IMG/VR virus record: IMGVR_UViG_3300044613_002297 | Origin: an uncultured virus (IMG/VR IMGVR_UViG_3300044613_002297) | Lineage: Duplodnaviria; Heunggongvirae; Uroviricota; Caudoviricetes | DNA length: 64,000 bases | Direction: 5' to 3' (one strand) | Shown: one piece after another, positions 40,471-49,719 of the stretch | Layout: each line of letters begins with the position of its first letter | How positions within the stretch are numbered: the stretch's first letter is position 1 | Made by a program: the position numbers and the translations under genes | The notes under the pieces: generated by a model | What the model saw: the letters and a program-made list of their open reading frames with translations, nothing else | Told to the model about the DNA's origin: nothing | The model's database searches: none

Positions 40471-40542
40471 ATGAACCCGATTCTCTGGATCGAGCTCGCC
40501 ATCGTCCTGCTCCGCATTCTTGCGGCAGGACTTGCCGGTTGA
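40471..40542 (+). CDS. 23-aa hydrophobic peptide
   Basis: AAGGAGG RBS; MNPILWIELAIVLLRILAAGLAG*. Confidence 0.6.
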   Translation: MNPILWIELAIVLLRILAAGLAG

Positions 40543-40638
40543 CGCAATCTACCGACGAGCGTATCTTCCTGCCGACGAAGGCAATCCAAATTCGATTTGG
40601 TGGAAGCCGCTTGACCCCAGTGAACATCCGTATACCAT
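40539..40638 (+). promoter_or_regulatory. Tandem sigma70-like promoters
   Basis: TTGACG-N17-TATCTT with operator TACCGACGAGCGTA, and TTGACC-N16-TACCAT. Confidence 0.6.
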
Positions 40639-40665
40639 CGCCCCACCCGCAAAGGAGCTTCCCGC

Positions 40666-40962
40666 ATGAACGCGATCTCGTCAATCGACCGCCACCCCGG
40701 TGACGCCGAGGCCCACGCCGCAGGCTTCGCGATGGCCGAGCTCTACGGCTCGCCCGCACAAGGCGATGGCCGCTGGGTCAACGGTCGCCTCGTCTCGACC
40801 TACGCGGTCGGCGACAGCGTCAACGTCGCCTTCGAGGACGGTCACCGCCGCTGCGTGGTCATCGAGGCGCTCGACGCCAACCGCTACCACGTTGTCGAGC
40901 ACCTGCCCGGTGGAGGTCGCAGGCACCACGAGGTCGATGGCGACGCGATCGCGACTTTTTGA
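40666..40962 (+). CDS. Hypothetical protein
   Basis: AAGGAG RBS. Confidence 0.65.
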   Translation: MNAISSIDRHPGDAEAHAAGFAMAELYGSPAQGDGRWVNGRLVSTYAVGDSVNVAFEDGHRRCVVIEALDANRYHVVEHLPGGGRRHHEVDGDAIATF

Positions 40963-40991
40963 AAATCGTGGGGGAAATGCAATGGGTTTTG

Positions 40992-41011
40992 CCCCCCCCC
41001 CCCCCCCCCCC
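40992..41011. repeat. Poly-C tract (20 nt)
   Basis: Homopolymer run in the intergenic region. Confidence 0.9.
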
Positions 41012-41168
41012 TAGATTCGCTGCCCTACCGGAGGGATGGACGCAAGACCAGCACACCAGGAGACCCGGTGGAACCGGGGACGCAGGGACGCACGACGCCG
41101 CTGACGCAGGACGGGGACGCGGCGGGTTTTGACAACGGATCGACAACGCACGAAAGCGAGGACACGTG

Positions 41169-42056
41169 ATGGTTCAGATCAGAAAGGCTCGCCGCAGCGC
41201 CACGAAGCTGCGGCTCCTGCTCACCGGCCCGAGCGGCAGCGGCAAGACCTACGGGGCACTGCTCGTCGCGAAGGGGCTGGGCTCTCAGAGAACGATCGTC
41301 ATCGACACCGAGCAGGGTTCGAGCGATCTCTATGACAGGCTGCACGACTTCGATGTGATCGACCTCGTGCCGCCCTTCACGCCCGAGGCGTACATCGAGG
41401 CGATCGACGCGGCCGAGGCGGCCGGTGCCGACTGCATCGTGATCGACTCGATCAGCCACGAGTGGAACGGCAAGGGCGGGTGCCTAGAGCTCGTGGACGA
41501 GATCGCACGGGCAAAGTTCAAGGGCAACACGTGGAGTGCGTGGAGCGAGCTCACGCCGCGTCACCGGGCGTTCATCGACCGGATGCTGCGGAGTTCCGCC
41601 CACATCATCGCGACGGGCCGCTCGAAGACCGAGACGGCCCAGGTGGACGACCACGGCCGCAAGAAGGTGGTGAAGCTCGGCATGAAGTTGGAGTCTCGCG
41701 ACGGGGCTGAGTACGAGTTCACGACCGTGCTCGACCTCGTTCACGACGGTCACTTCGCGGTGGCGTCGAAGGACAGGACGGGCATCTTCGGCGGCGATCC
41801 GAAGCCGATCAGCGTGGACACGGGCAAGGCGTTCGCCGAGTGGCTCGCTGGCGGCACGCCTGCACCGAATCCGCTCGTCGCACAGATCCGCGAGTTCGTG
41901 GCGACGGCCGAGCCAGAGCGACTGAAGGCGACGACGAAGCGGATCGATGCCCTTCTCGCCGAGGGCAAGTTGACGAGTGCCGAGTGGGAGTCGCTGACCG
42001 ATGCGATCACCGCTCGCGTGGACGGACAGACGGCAGTCGGTGCTGCCGCTGAGTGA
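41169..42056 (+). CDS. AAA ATPase (Sak4/AAA_24-like recombination protein)
   Basis: GPSGSGKT, IDTEQGS and VIDSISHEW motifs. Confidence 0.87.
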   Translation: MVQIRKARRSATKLRLLLTGPSGSGKTYGALLVAKGLGSQRTIVIDTEQGSSDLYDRLHDFDVIDLVPPFTPEAYIEAIDAAEAAGADCIVIDSISHEWNGKGGCLELVDEIARAKFKGNTWSAWSELTPRHRAFIDRMLRSSAHIIATGRSKTETAQVDDHGRKKVVKLGMKLESRDGAEYEFTTVLDLVHDGHFAVASKDRTGIFGGDPKPISVDTGKAFAEWLAGGTPAPNPLVAQIREFVATAEPERLKATTKRIDALLAEGKLTSAEWESLTDAITARVDGQTAVGAAAE

Positions 42057-42081
42057 GGACGGAACCCAGGAGACAGAACCC

Positions 42082-42576
42082 ATGCAGTGGGACATCGGAG
42101 AGCAGTTCGACGCGCCGCCCGCAGTGGCGACGACCGAGCGGCAGATCATGCCGGTCGGCAAGCACACGATGATCGTGAAGCACGCCGAGGAAGGACCGAA
42201 CGAGTACAAGCGGAGCGACGACAACCCGGAGGGATTCTGCCTCAAGCTTCGGCTCAGCGACCTCGAAGGGCGGTTCAAGTTCGTCTTCGACGACCTGCCG
42301 CAGTCGCGGTCGCTCGCGTGGCGGGCGAAGCAGCTCGCTGCGGCGATCGGCATCATCCCGCACGGCGAGACGCTGTCGCTGACGCCCGACGACGTGATCG
42401 GTCAGACGATCGAGGTGGAGCTCAGCCACTACACGTCGAAGGCCGGGAAGCTCTCGGCGACCGTGAAGCGGTACATCGAGCGGACCGGCGACGCCCTGCC
42501 GAAGGCGACGGCGAAGCCGAGGACGCAGGCGGCGAGGGTCACGGCGAGCCTGGACGACGATGTCGTCCCGTTCTGA
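42082..42576 (+). CDS. ssDNA-binding-like protein
   Basis: P.GK...IV pattern, acidic DDDVVPF tail, follows the Sak4-like gene. Confidence 0.65.
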   Translation: MQWDIGEQFDAPPAVATTERQIMPVGKHTMIVKHAEEGPNEYKRSDDNPEGFCLKLRLSDLEGRFKFVFDDLPQSRSLAWRAKQLAAAIGIIPHGETLSLTPDDVIGQTIEVELSHYTSKAGKLSATVKRYIERTGDALPKATAKPRTQAARVTASLDDDVVPF

Positions 42577-42588
42577 AAGGAGCACGTC

Positions 42589-42870
42589 ATGGAAGGTCAG
42601 AGGCTCTACCGCGCCGAGCTCGGAACGAGCGTCAACGCGAAGACGGGTCACTCGACGCTGTCCTGGTACGGCACCGTCACCGAGTGCGGCGAGTGGGTCG
42701 AGCAGGGTCAAACGAGGTGGCGTCGCGACGAGACGTGGCACGAGACCGAGGCTGCAGCGCTCGCGTCGCTCGCCGACCGGATCGAGGCGATCGCGCTGGC
42801 GTGCAACAAGCAGGCGAGGCGGCTGCGGTTCGCGGTGAGCGAGGAGGTGGCAGATGCCCCGGCGTCGTGA
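42589..42870 (+). CDS. Hypothetical protein
   Basis: AAGGAG RBS. Confidence 0.65.
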   Translation: MEGQRLYRAELGTSVNAKTGHSTLSWYGTVTECGEWVEQGQTRWRRDETWHETEAAALASLADRIEAIALACNKQARRLRFAVSEEVADAPAS

Positions 42871-43108
42871 TGAACCGCTGACGATCACGCTCGATGTCGT
42901 CGTCGCAGAGCTCGAGTACCACGGCTGCGAGCGGATGGCAGCGTACGTGCGAGACCTGGGCAACGGCGTTGCCAACGCGAACCGGCGGCGGCAGTGGGCC
43001 GAGGACGATCTTGCGAAGGCTCTTGAGCGGCTGCACGTGCACGAGCCGCCACAGAAGCCGAGGACGGACCACAGGAACGGCAAACCAACGGAGATGAGCG
43101 ACGGTTGA
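42854..43108 (+). CDS. Hypothetical protein
   Basis: GGAGG RBS; coupled ORF. Confidence 0.6.
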   Translation: MPRRRDEPLTITLDVVVAELEYHGCERMAAYVRDLGNGVANANRRRQWAEDDLAKALERLHVHEPPQKPRTDHRNGKPTEMSDG

Positions 43109-43109
43109 T

Positions 43110-43250
43110 CGCACCGGCCCGCCCTGGCCGCAGCGGCTGCTCCATACCGGCCGCATGGGTCGCGTCGCGGCGAGTCGCGAGTAACCACCGCAGTCGAGGC
43201 GTGACGCTTCCTCGCGTGACTCGACCGGATGCCCCACGTCACGGGGCCGA
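43110..43250 (+). ncRNA. Candidate structured intergenic RNA
   Basis: Consecutive stems GCGGCTG/CGGCCGC, GTCGAG/CTCGAC and GCCCC/GGGGC before an AAGGAGG RBS. Confidence 0.35.
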
Positions 43251-43276
43251 AACAAGGAGGTTGGCTAAACACTGTA

Positions 43277-43837
43277 ATGAACGACTTCGCTTCACGAGTA
43301 CTTTCGCTTCTTGTCGCGCGATACGAGGACAGCGAGGCATCGCTGTCCTCTCACGTCACTGACATAGAGATTCAGCCGTCGTCGTGGTTTGAAGATCTCG
43401 AATCCAAGTACTTCGACGACATCAAGCATACGGAAGCTGCGTTCGTCTTGGACGAGACGAGCGAGGCGTCGCCGATGCTGACCAAGGAGTCGTGCAGGAA
43501 GATGCTATCGCAGAGCGGGTACAGGGAGGCTGGATGGCCTGCTCTCGCTCTCTTTGATCGATTTCTAGTGACGTTCGTCACCGGCAAAGACTGGGTTCAG
43601 CCGAGCGGCTGGGCGAATGTGCCTCCAGAAACAGGGTGCGGACTTGTTCCATCCCTAATGGTCTGCAACGCAGCAGCATGGGCCGCTAGGTGGATCAACG
43701 CGGTAAAAGCCCGAGACGAGCGGCAGGCGGCGCATGCTGCGTGCAAGCTTGCCTACATGATGACTGTGATTTTCTTGGCGTGCCCGATGCCTAGGCTCCG
43801 CGAGGAAGACCAGCCATCCGCAGGCGATCTTGCCTGA
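43277..43837 (+). CDS. Hypothetical protein (lower GC)
   Basis: ORF downstream of AAGGAGG. Confidence 0.6.
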   Translation: MNDFASRVLSLLVARYEDSEASLSSHVTDIEIQPSSWFEDLESKYFDDIKHTEAAFVLDETSEASPMLTKESCRKMLSQSGYREAGWPALALFDRFLVTFVTGKDWVQPSGWANVPPETGCGLVPSLMVCNAAAWAARWINAVKARDERQAAHAACKLAYMMTVIFLACPMPRLREEDQPSAGDLA

Positions 43838-43857
43838 CGTGCGATGACACGCGCGCG

Positions 43858-44523
43858 ATGGACCAAACAAAGACGAACGACATGGACGTTGAGTCTTTTC
43901 GCATGAGCAACGACGAAGCGGCGCTGCTGTTCTCGCATGATCACGGCGTCGAGACGGTTGTGCTGACCGACTACGAACGCGCTGACATCCTGCCGTACGC
44001 ACAGCAGGCGATGATCGGCGGGTGGTCGGACATCCACGGCGATCGCACCGTGAGGAAGGACGAGCTCGGCGAGAACAACGTCGTCGGCTTCGGATGCGAG
44101 GCCGCGTTCTTCAAGTGGGCCGAGCAACTCGGGAGCGGAGGCGTGAGCGAGTGGATGAGGCAGCGGTCGCTCAAGAACGCCAACAAGTGGACCGGAGACG
44201 GCGGCGTCGATTGCGTGCTCGGCGACGGGACTCGCGTCGATGTAAAGGGCACCGAGTGCAACGGATTCGTGAGTGTCGGCGCGGCCCTGCGTTACCACCT
44301 GACCCAGTGCCGGTCGAAAACGCTCGGCGACGTGGCGTATGTGCAGTGCCTCACGAAGCGGCACATGGACTCATACCAAGTTCCGAAGGTCGTGCTGCTC
44401 GCCGGGTGGCTGTGGGGCAGCGAATTGAGCGGACGCGAGGACGCGTCGTGGCTCACGGGATGGTCGGCGAGGTGCGGCACGATTCGCAGGATGAAGGAGT
44501 TGTGCGATGGCACGCACCGTTGA
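43858..44523 (+). CDS. PD-(D/E)xK-like hypothetical protein
   Basis: E.AF...DGGVD...VDVKGT pattern. Confidence 0.55.
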   Translation: MDQTKTNDMDVESFRMSNDEAALLFSHDHGVETVVLTDYERADILPYAQQAMIGGWSDIHGDRTVRKDELGENNVVGFGCEAAFFKWAEQLGSGGVSEWMRQRSLKNANKWTGDGGVDCVLGDGTRVDVKGTECNGFVSVGAALRYHLTQCRSKTLGDVAYVQCLTKRHMDSYQVPKVVLLAGWLWGSELSGREDASWLTGWSARCGTIRRMKELCDGTHR

Positions 44524-44562
44524 GTAGCGGACCGTGCAATCTAGCGACGCAAGGAGGCTTTC

Positions 44563-45141
44563 GTGTTCGTGCAACGAACCGGATTCGTTCACATCTCTTC
44601 GATGATGGCTTTTGCGACACCGGAAAAGCCTCATCGTCCTGACTATCAGTCCGCACCGTGGACTACTCATTGGTCGCGCACGTGCGTTCACGATCTTGTT
44701 CCTCGACTAAAGACATATCCGGCTGGCGTGCGGGCGAAGATGCAGTGCAAGAAGTGCGGCCAGGGAGTGGGTTCGCTTATCCCAGTGAAGGGAGTGACGG
44801 AGCAGTGGGACGATTGTTTGGAGTCGCTCGTCCGAGAGCAGTACGAATCCGCATGCAAGGAATGGAAAGAGCAGACAGTGGACGCGCGGCGTCTTTCGCC
44901 GGAAGAGCGTCCTGAGTCATGGTGGCAGATGTACCACCGCTACTTGCAGTCTGCCGTCTGGCAACTCAAGCGTGAGCTCGTGATGCGTCGATGCGGCGGC
45001 GTGTGTGAGTCTTGCGGTCAGGCTGCGGCCGAGCAGGTTCACCACCTGGAGTACCCGGACACGTTCGGGCTTGAGCCTCTATGGACTCTTCGTGCCGTAT
45101 GCGTTCCATGCCACAAGATTATTCATCCACACATGAGGTAA
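44563..45141 (+). CDS. HNH endonuclease-domain protein
   Basis: YLQS..W...R..V..R....CESCG...VHHL.Y...CVPCH. Confidence 0.8.
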   Translation: MFVQRTGFVHISSMMAFATPEKPHRPDYQSAPWTTHWSRTCVHDLVPRLKTYPAGVRAKMQCKKCGQGVGSLIPVKGVTEQWDDCLESLVREQYESACKEWKEQTVDARRLSPEERPESWWQMYHRYLQSAVWQLKRELVMRRCGGVCESCGQAAAEQVHHLEYPDTFGLEPLWTLRAVCVPCHKIIHPHMR

Positions 45142-45144
45142 GCC

Positions 45145-46884
45145 ATGGACGCTCTCGACCAATGCATCGATTTCCTCGGCTGCATCTTCGAGACCGAGGA
45201 TGTCATCGAGTTCCGCCCGCTCCCGCCGTCGGCGGGTCGCCGTTGGGCGACGATGGCCGAGCTTCCCGACATAGTGGAGTGGCTGGAGCGAATCAACAAA
45301 GACGAGAACCAGCGAGTCCACGCCTACTTCGGGGCAAACCCGAGGCGAGATAAGGGCGTTAGTCAGGCAGAGGGCGTGCTTCTGGCGCGGTGCTTGTTCG
45401 CGGACTTTGACGGCGGCGCGAGCGTCGAGGACGCGCTGTCTCACATCAAGGCCGCTGGCTACCCGATGCCGACGGCGATCGTCGAGAGCGGAGGCGGCGT
45501 ACACACGTGGTGGCGGCTGGAAGAGCAAATCGACGACGCCGAGCTCTGGCATCTTCGGATGAAGGCCATGGCAGCAGCCCTCGGGTCCGACCAGTCGATC
45601 TGCGACTGGCCGCGAATCATGCGGCTTCCGGGCTTCATCAACTGGAAGCACGAGCAGCGTCCGCTGGCACGTCTCGACGATTGCGACCCGACTCGGGTCT
45701 ACCCGATCTCCGCGTTCTCACGACAGGCGGTGCAGTCGGTCGTCGTCAAGCAAAAGAGCATGAGCGATCTGACGCGGCGTTTTCTGGAAGAGGGGTACAC
45801 GCTCACGGCGGGCCGACGACAGACGATGTTCACGGTCGCGTGCGACATGGCGGCCCGTGGGTGGGGTGTGTCGGAGGCCACGTCGCTGATCATGCAGCGG
45901 ATGCGTGTCGTCGGTCTTCGCCAGGACGACCTCGACGACTGCCCGAGGCAGATCGCGAACGCCTGGAAGAGGACGCGGCTTCCGGCGCTCGGCCCTGCCG
46001 ACGAGGCGGTCCCGGTTCCTGACGCCGCTGACGAGACGGCGACGCCGACGCTGCTCGACGCGATCGATGCGTGGCGGATGCAGGAAGAAACGCCAGCGAT
46101 CAAGACCGGCCTGCCGTCTCTCGACAAACTCTTCGACGGCGGTCTGCCACTGGGACAGATGACGGCGATAGCGGCGGCACCGGGCGTGGGAAAGTCAGCG
46201 CTCGCGCTTCAGTTGGCTATCTCGTGCCTCGTGTCCGACCGTGAGATGGTCGCCACGTGGTGTCTCGGCGAGATGACACGTGCAGCGCTCGCTGCCAGGG
46301 CGATCACGAACTTCGGCGGGCAATCAAACCTGCTCACGCTGCAAGACGTGATCCACAAGGTCGATCCGTCGCGAGAAGTCGCTGACGCTCTCGGAAGGAC
46401 TATCGGAACCCGTCTAAAGCTCGTCGAGGCACCGCTTGTCGTGGACAAGATCGAGCGGGCCGTCGTCAAGGACGGTGCCAAGCTGCTGATCGTGGACTAC
46501 CTCCAGCTGGTCAGGTCAACACGGGCTTTTCAGGACAAGACGGGCGAGATCAACGAGTGCCTGCTGAAACTTCGCGAGCTGACGACCTCGCGAAACATCG
46601 CGACGCTTCTGGTCACGAACATAGCCAAGGGATGCGACGCGAGCACAGAGATCGGCAACATCGGCAAGGGATCGAATCAGATTGACTTTGACGTAGACAA
46701 CTTCCTCTTCGGGCATAGGTCCGGAGAGACCGGGGCCGACGGTGAGCTCAAGATTGAGTGGAAGTGCAAGAAGTTGCGCCAGGGCCAAATGGCCGATGTC
46801 GAGCTTTGGTTTGAGGGCAAGTACCAGCTTTTCACGGACACGATGCCGGTCCCGTTCCCTGAGTTCGCCGAAGGGAACTTCTGA
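45145..46884 (+). CDS. RepB-like primase fused to a DnaB-like helicase
   Basis: LFADFD, VESGGGVHTWW and RIMRLPG primase motifs; TGLPSLD, AAPGVGKS and IVDYLQ helicase motifs. Confidence 0.88.
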   Translation: MDALDQCIDFLGCIFETEDVIEFRPLPPSAGRRWATMAELPDIVEWLERINKDENQRVHAYFGANPRRDKGVSQAEGVLLARCLFADFDGGASVEDALSHIKAAGYPMPTAIVESGGGVHTWWRLEEQIDDAELWHLRMKAMAAALGSDQSICDWPRIMRLPGFINWKHEQRPLARLDDCDPTRVYPISAFSRQAVQSVVVKQKSMSDLTRRFLEEGYTLTAGRRQTMFTVACDMAARGWGVSEATSLIMQRMRVVGLRQDDLDDCPRQIANAWKRTRLPALGPADEAVPVPDAADETATPTLLDAIDAWRMQEETPAIKTGLPSLDKLFDGGLPLGQMTAIAAAPGVGKSALALQLAISCLVSDREMVATWCLGEMTRAALAARAITNFGGQSNLLTLQDVIHKVDPSREVADALGRTIGTRLKLVEAPLVVDKIERAVVKDGAKLLIVDYLQLVRSTRAFQDKTGEINECLLKLRELTTSRNIATLLVTNIAKGCDASTEIGNIGKGSNQIDFDVDNFLFGHRSGETGADGELKIEWKCKKLRQGQMADVELWFEGKYQLFTDTMPVPFPEFAEGNF

Positions 46885-46886
46885 CC

Positions 46887-47522
46887 ATGGCAAAGCGCAA
46901 GGTATCCAAGTCGCCAGCCAAGTCAGGCAAGGGCGAACTGCGTCGCCGCGTGCGGGCGTTTATCGAGGACGGCTCTCTGGCCCGCCTGGGTAGCGAGGGG
47001 CGTCTCGTGGCTCACTACGTCTTTGAGCGGGCCGATTGGTCTACCGGCGAGATCCGGTTCTCCATGCGGCACGTCGCGCGGGTGATGAAGGTGAGCCCGA
47101 CGGCTATTCGCAGGGGCGTCGAGCAGATGGTCCGCGAGGAAATCCTGGCAATCTCGGCAAAAAGAGAAGGCTCCGGTCGGTCGAAATACACGGTCGTGGG
47201 GCGCACACACAGTGTGTCCACCCCGGACACGCCTTGTGCGCAGGCGCGCACACACAGTGTGTCCGGGGTGGACACACCTCGTGTCCAGAGCGCGCACACA
47301 GTGTGTCCGGAGCGCGCACACAGTGTGTCCGGAGCGCGCACGCCTTGTGACCACTATTCAGTCTTATTCAGTGGTATTCCAGTAAATACCACTGAAATAA
47401 CCAATGCGGCTGACGCCACGGACGGTGAAGGACCGTCCGAGCCTCAGCCGCAGCCAGAGTTTTCGAGAGGTTGCGCCGCCGCTCTTGCACGCACAGGCAC
47501 ACTTACGGAGGAGTCGCCATGA
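46887..47522 (+). CDS. Winged-HTH replication initiator with internal iterons
   Basis: N-terminal HTH followed by an internal repeat block. Confidence 0.7.
   Translation: MAKRKVSKSPAKSGKGELRRRVRAFIEDGSLARLGSEGRLVAHYVFERADWSTGEIRFSMRHVARVMKVSPTAIRRGVEQMVREEILAISAKREGSGRSKYTVVGRTHSVSTPDTPCAQARTHSVSGVDTPRVQSAHTVCPERAHSVSGARTPCDHYSVLFSGIPVNTTEITNAADATDGEGPSEPQPQPEFSRGCAAALARTGTLTEESP
47201..47402. repeat. Iteron array plus AT-rich tract (probable phage origin)
   Basis: Four CACACAGTGTGTCC copies and degenerate variants, then TATTCAGTCTTATTCAGT...TAAATACCACTGAAATAA. Confidence 0.75.
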
Positions 47523-47776
47523 CGCACACGCACCTGCCACCGCTCACCGACACCCAGTCACGGGTGTTTGAGTTCATACGGGACCACAACGCCCGCACGA
47601 GGACCGGAGCCGGGTTCAGGCAGATCTGCGAGGCGTTCGGCTTTGCGAGCCCGAACGCCGCCTACGGGCACTGCCTGTCGCTGCGGAAGAAAGGCTGGAT
47701 CACGTTCGAGAGCAACCGCGCGAACACAATCATCCCGACCCTCGAATCGCTGGAGGCATCCGATGACGAGGCGTGA
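47519..47776 (+). CDS. LexA-like DNA-binding domain without peptidase
   Basis: LTDTQSRVFEFIRD...RQICEAFGFASPNAAYGH..SLRKKGWI matches the LexA N-terminal pattern. Confidence 0.8.
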   Translation: MTHTHLPPLTDTQSRVFEFIRDHNARTRTGAGFRQICEAFGFASPNAAYGHCLSLRKKGWITFESNRANTIIPTLESLEASDDEA

Positions 47777-48008
47777 AATCAACGCGATTCACTCGGCGTG
47801 CTTTCGTCGCTCGTGGGACGACGACACGGATGACGCCTCGCGGGTCGTCTTCGAGCAGGCTTCGCTGGCGATGACGGTGCTCAAGTCGCAGGTCAAGGAC
47901 ATGCGCGAGCGTCTCGCCCGTCAGGCGCTGCACCTGGAGCGGGCCGAACTCGACGCCGAGATCATGCGTCGCGCGGCATTCGGCGAGCAGAAAGGCGGGG
48001 CGGCATGA
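47763..48008 (+). CDS. Hypothetical protein
   Basis: GGAGG RBS; coupled ORF. Confidence 0.55.
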   Translation: MTRREINAIHSACFRRSWDDDTDDASRVVFEQASLAMTVLKSQVKDMRERLARQALHLERAELDAEIMRRAAFGEQKGGAA

Positions 48009-48101
48009 GCGAGCTCGCAATCATCGCAATCGGGATCGTGATCCAGTCGGCGACGTTCGCCCTCGGGATCCTTGTTGGTGCGTCACTCAGGAGGAGAGGA
48101 C

Positions 48102-49223
48102 ATGACGACGGCAACGGCTACGAAGCGGCGAAGGAGTACTGGCATCACGCTACCGGCCGCCACGCTGAAGACAGCGCTCGCGGACGTGTCCGCAGCGGTG
48201 CCGACGCGACCGGCGAAGCCAGTGCTCGCGTGCATCCGAATTGGCGATGGCACACTCACGGCGACTGACCTCGAACTCCAGATCGCTGTCGAGATCGACT
48301 ACCACGGCGAGCCGCTACTCCTGCCGTTCGCCCGGCTGCGTGCGATCCTCGCCGAGGCTCGTGCCGAGGAGGTGACGATCACGCCTGACGGCACGTCGTG
48401 CGTCGTGACGGCCGGGCGTGGCACGTGGCGGCTTCCGGTCGAGAGCGCTGACGAGTGGCCGACATGGCAGCACGAGCCGCTCAGAACGCTCGTGCGAGTC
48501 CCGTGCGATCAATTCGCCCGTGCCGTGAAGGGCTGCGTCTACGCGACGGATAACGACAGCAGTCGCTACGCACTCGGTGCGGTGCTCATTGAGGTGCTCG
48601 GCGGCGACTGCTCGTTCGTGGCGACCGACGGGCGTCGGCTCTCGCACGTGGCGGTCGAGCACGACCAAGCGGTGGACGACGGTTCGGCGCTCGTCCCGGC
48701 TCGGGTGCTCGCATCGCTCGCGAGCGTGGCGGCTCGAGGCGACGACGCGGTGCAACTCGAGGCGAGCGAGCACGAGCTCGTCGCCACGCTGCCGGGGTGC
48801 GTCGTGACGGCCAGGCAGATCGCCGGGCGTTTCCCCCGCTGGCGTGACGTGCTGCCGAAGGACCGCGAGGGTGCGATCGAGACGGTGGTCGATCGCGACG
48901 AGCTCATCGCTGCGACCAGGGCGGCGGCGATCGTCACCAGCGAGCAGTCGAAGGGCGTGGATTTCACGTTCTCGGCCGACGGCGTGACGCTTCACGGGCA
49001 GTCGAGCGAGTACGGGCAGAGTGACGTGACGATCGAGGTCGTCAGCGGCGGCGACCCGGTCAAGGTGAAGCTCGATCCCGTGTTCGTCGTCGAGTGGCTC
49101 CGTGGCATCGCGACGGACGAGGGGCCGCACATCACGGTCGAGCTCGTGGACGCGCAGTCCGCGTGCGTGCTCCGCAACGGCGGCGTCTACACCGGCGTCA
49201 TCATGCCGCTCTCGAACGACTGA
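48102..49223 (+). CDS. dnaN: DNA polymerase III beta sliding clamp
   Basis: ATDLE, SRYALGAV, VATDGRRL, GRFPRW..V and VIMP C-terminal motifs. Confidence 0.92.
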   Translation: MTTATATKRRRSTGITLPAATLKTALADVSAAVPTRPAKPVLACIRIGDGTLTATDLELQIAVEIDYHGEPLLLPFARLRAILAEARAEEVTITPDGTSCVVTAGRGTWRLPVESADEWPTWQHEPLRTLVRVPCDQFARAVKGCVYATDNDSSRYALGAVLIEVLGGDCSFVATDGRRLSHVAVEHDQAVDDGSALVPARVLASLASVAARGDDAVQLEASEHELVATLPGCVVTARQIAGRFPRWRDVLPKDREGAIETVVDRDELIAATRAAAIVTSEQSKGVDFTFSADGVTLHGQSSEYGQSDVTIEVVSGGDPVKVKLDPVFVVEWLRGIATDEGPHITVELVDAQSACVLRNGGVYTGVIMPLSND

Positions 49224-49234
49224 GGAGGTGCAAC

Positions 49235-49579
49235 ATGGGACACCGCAGGATCACCGACGCTGCCCTGCTCTTTCGGCTCTGGCACGACGAGACGCTTCGT
49301 GTCGAAGACATCGCTGATCGGCTGCGCGTCACGCCGAACACCGTGACACGCACGGCACAGCGTTTCGGGCTCGCGAACCGCAACCGTGTCGTGAGCGAGA
49401 TCCGCGAGCGTAAGGCGATCGAGGCGGTCGAGGACGACTCGACTGTCGTCGATCTTCGTCTCGACGCCTGGACCGAAGAGCGGGCCAGGCCGATCCGCGA
49501 GGGCTGGAGCGAGGAGGTTCGGTACGAGCGGCGCGCCCAGAAAGTTCAGCCGATCTGCTACGGCGGGGTGTTCGGATGA
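49235..49579 (+). CDS. HTH protein
   Basis: LW....VEDIADRLRVT..TV...A.RFGL. Confidence 0.65.
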   Translation: MGHRRITDAALLFRLWHDETLRVEDIADRLRVTPNTVTRTAQRFGLANRNRVVSEIRERKAIEAVEDDSTVVDLRLDAWTEERARPIREGWSEEVRYERRAQKVQPICYGGVFG

Positions 49580-49719
49580 GCGCACCGCTCCTCTTCCTCG
49601 TCTCGCTGATCTACTGGGGCGTCGCGATCGAGCAGTGGTGGAAGGGCAGCCCTGCCGGGTTCGTCGTTTGGGCGAGCTACGGAATGGCGAACTGGGGACT
49701 GATGTGGATGACGAGGTGA
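49576..49719 (+). CDS. Small membrane protein (47 aa)
   Basis: MSAPLLFLVSLIYWGVAIEQWWKG...; ATGA and GTGA coupling on both sides. Confidence 0.6.
   Translation: MSAPLLFLVSLIYWGVAIEQWWKGSPAGFVVWASYGMANWGLMWMTR

Noticed and set aside
47201..47350. Mini-CRISPR
   Set aside because: Short irregular repeats inside an HTH ORF, followed by an AT-rich tract, fit iterons better.
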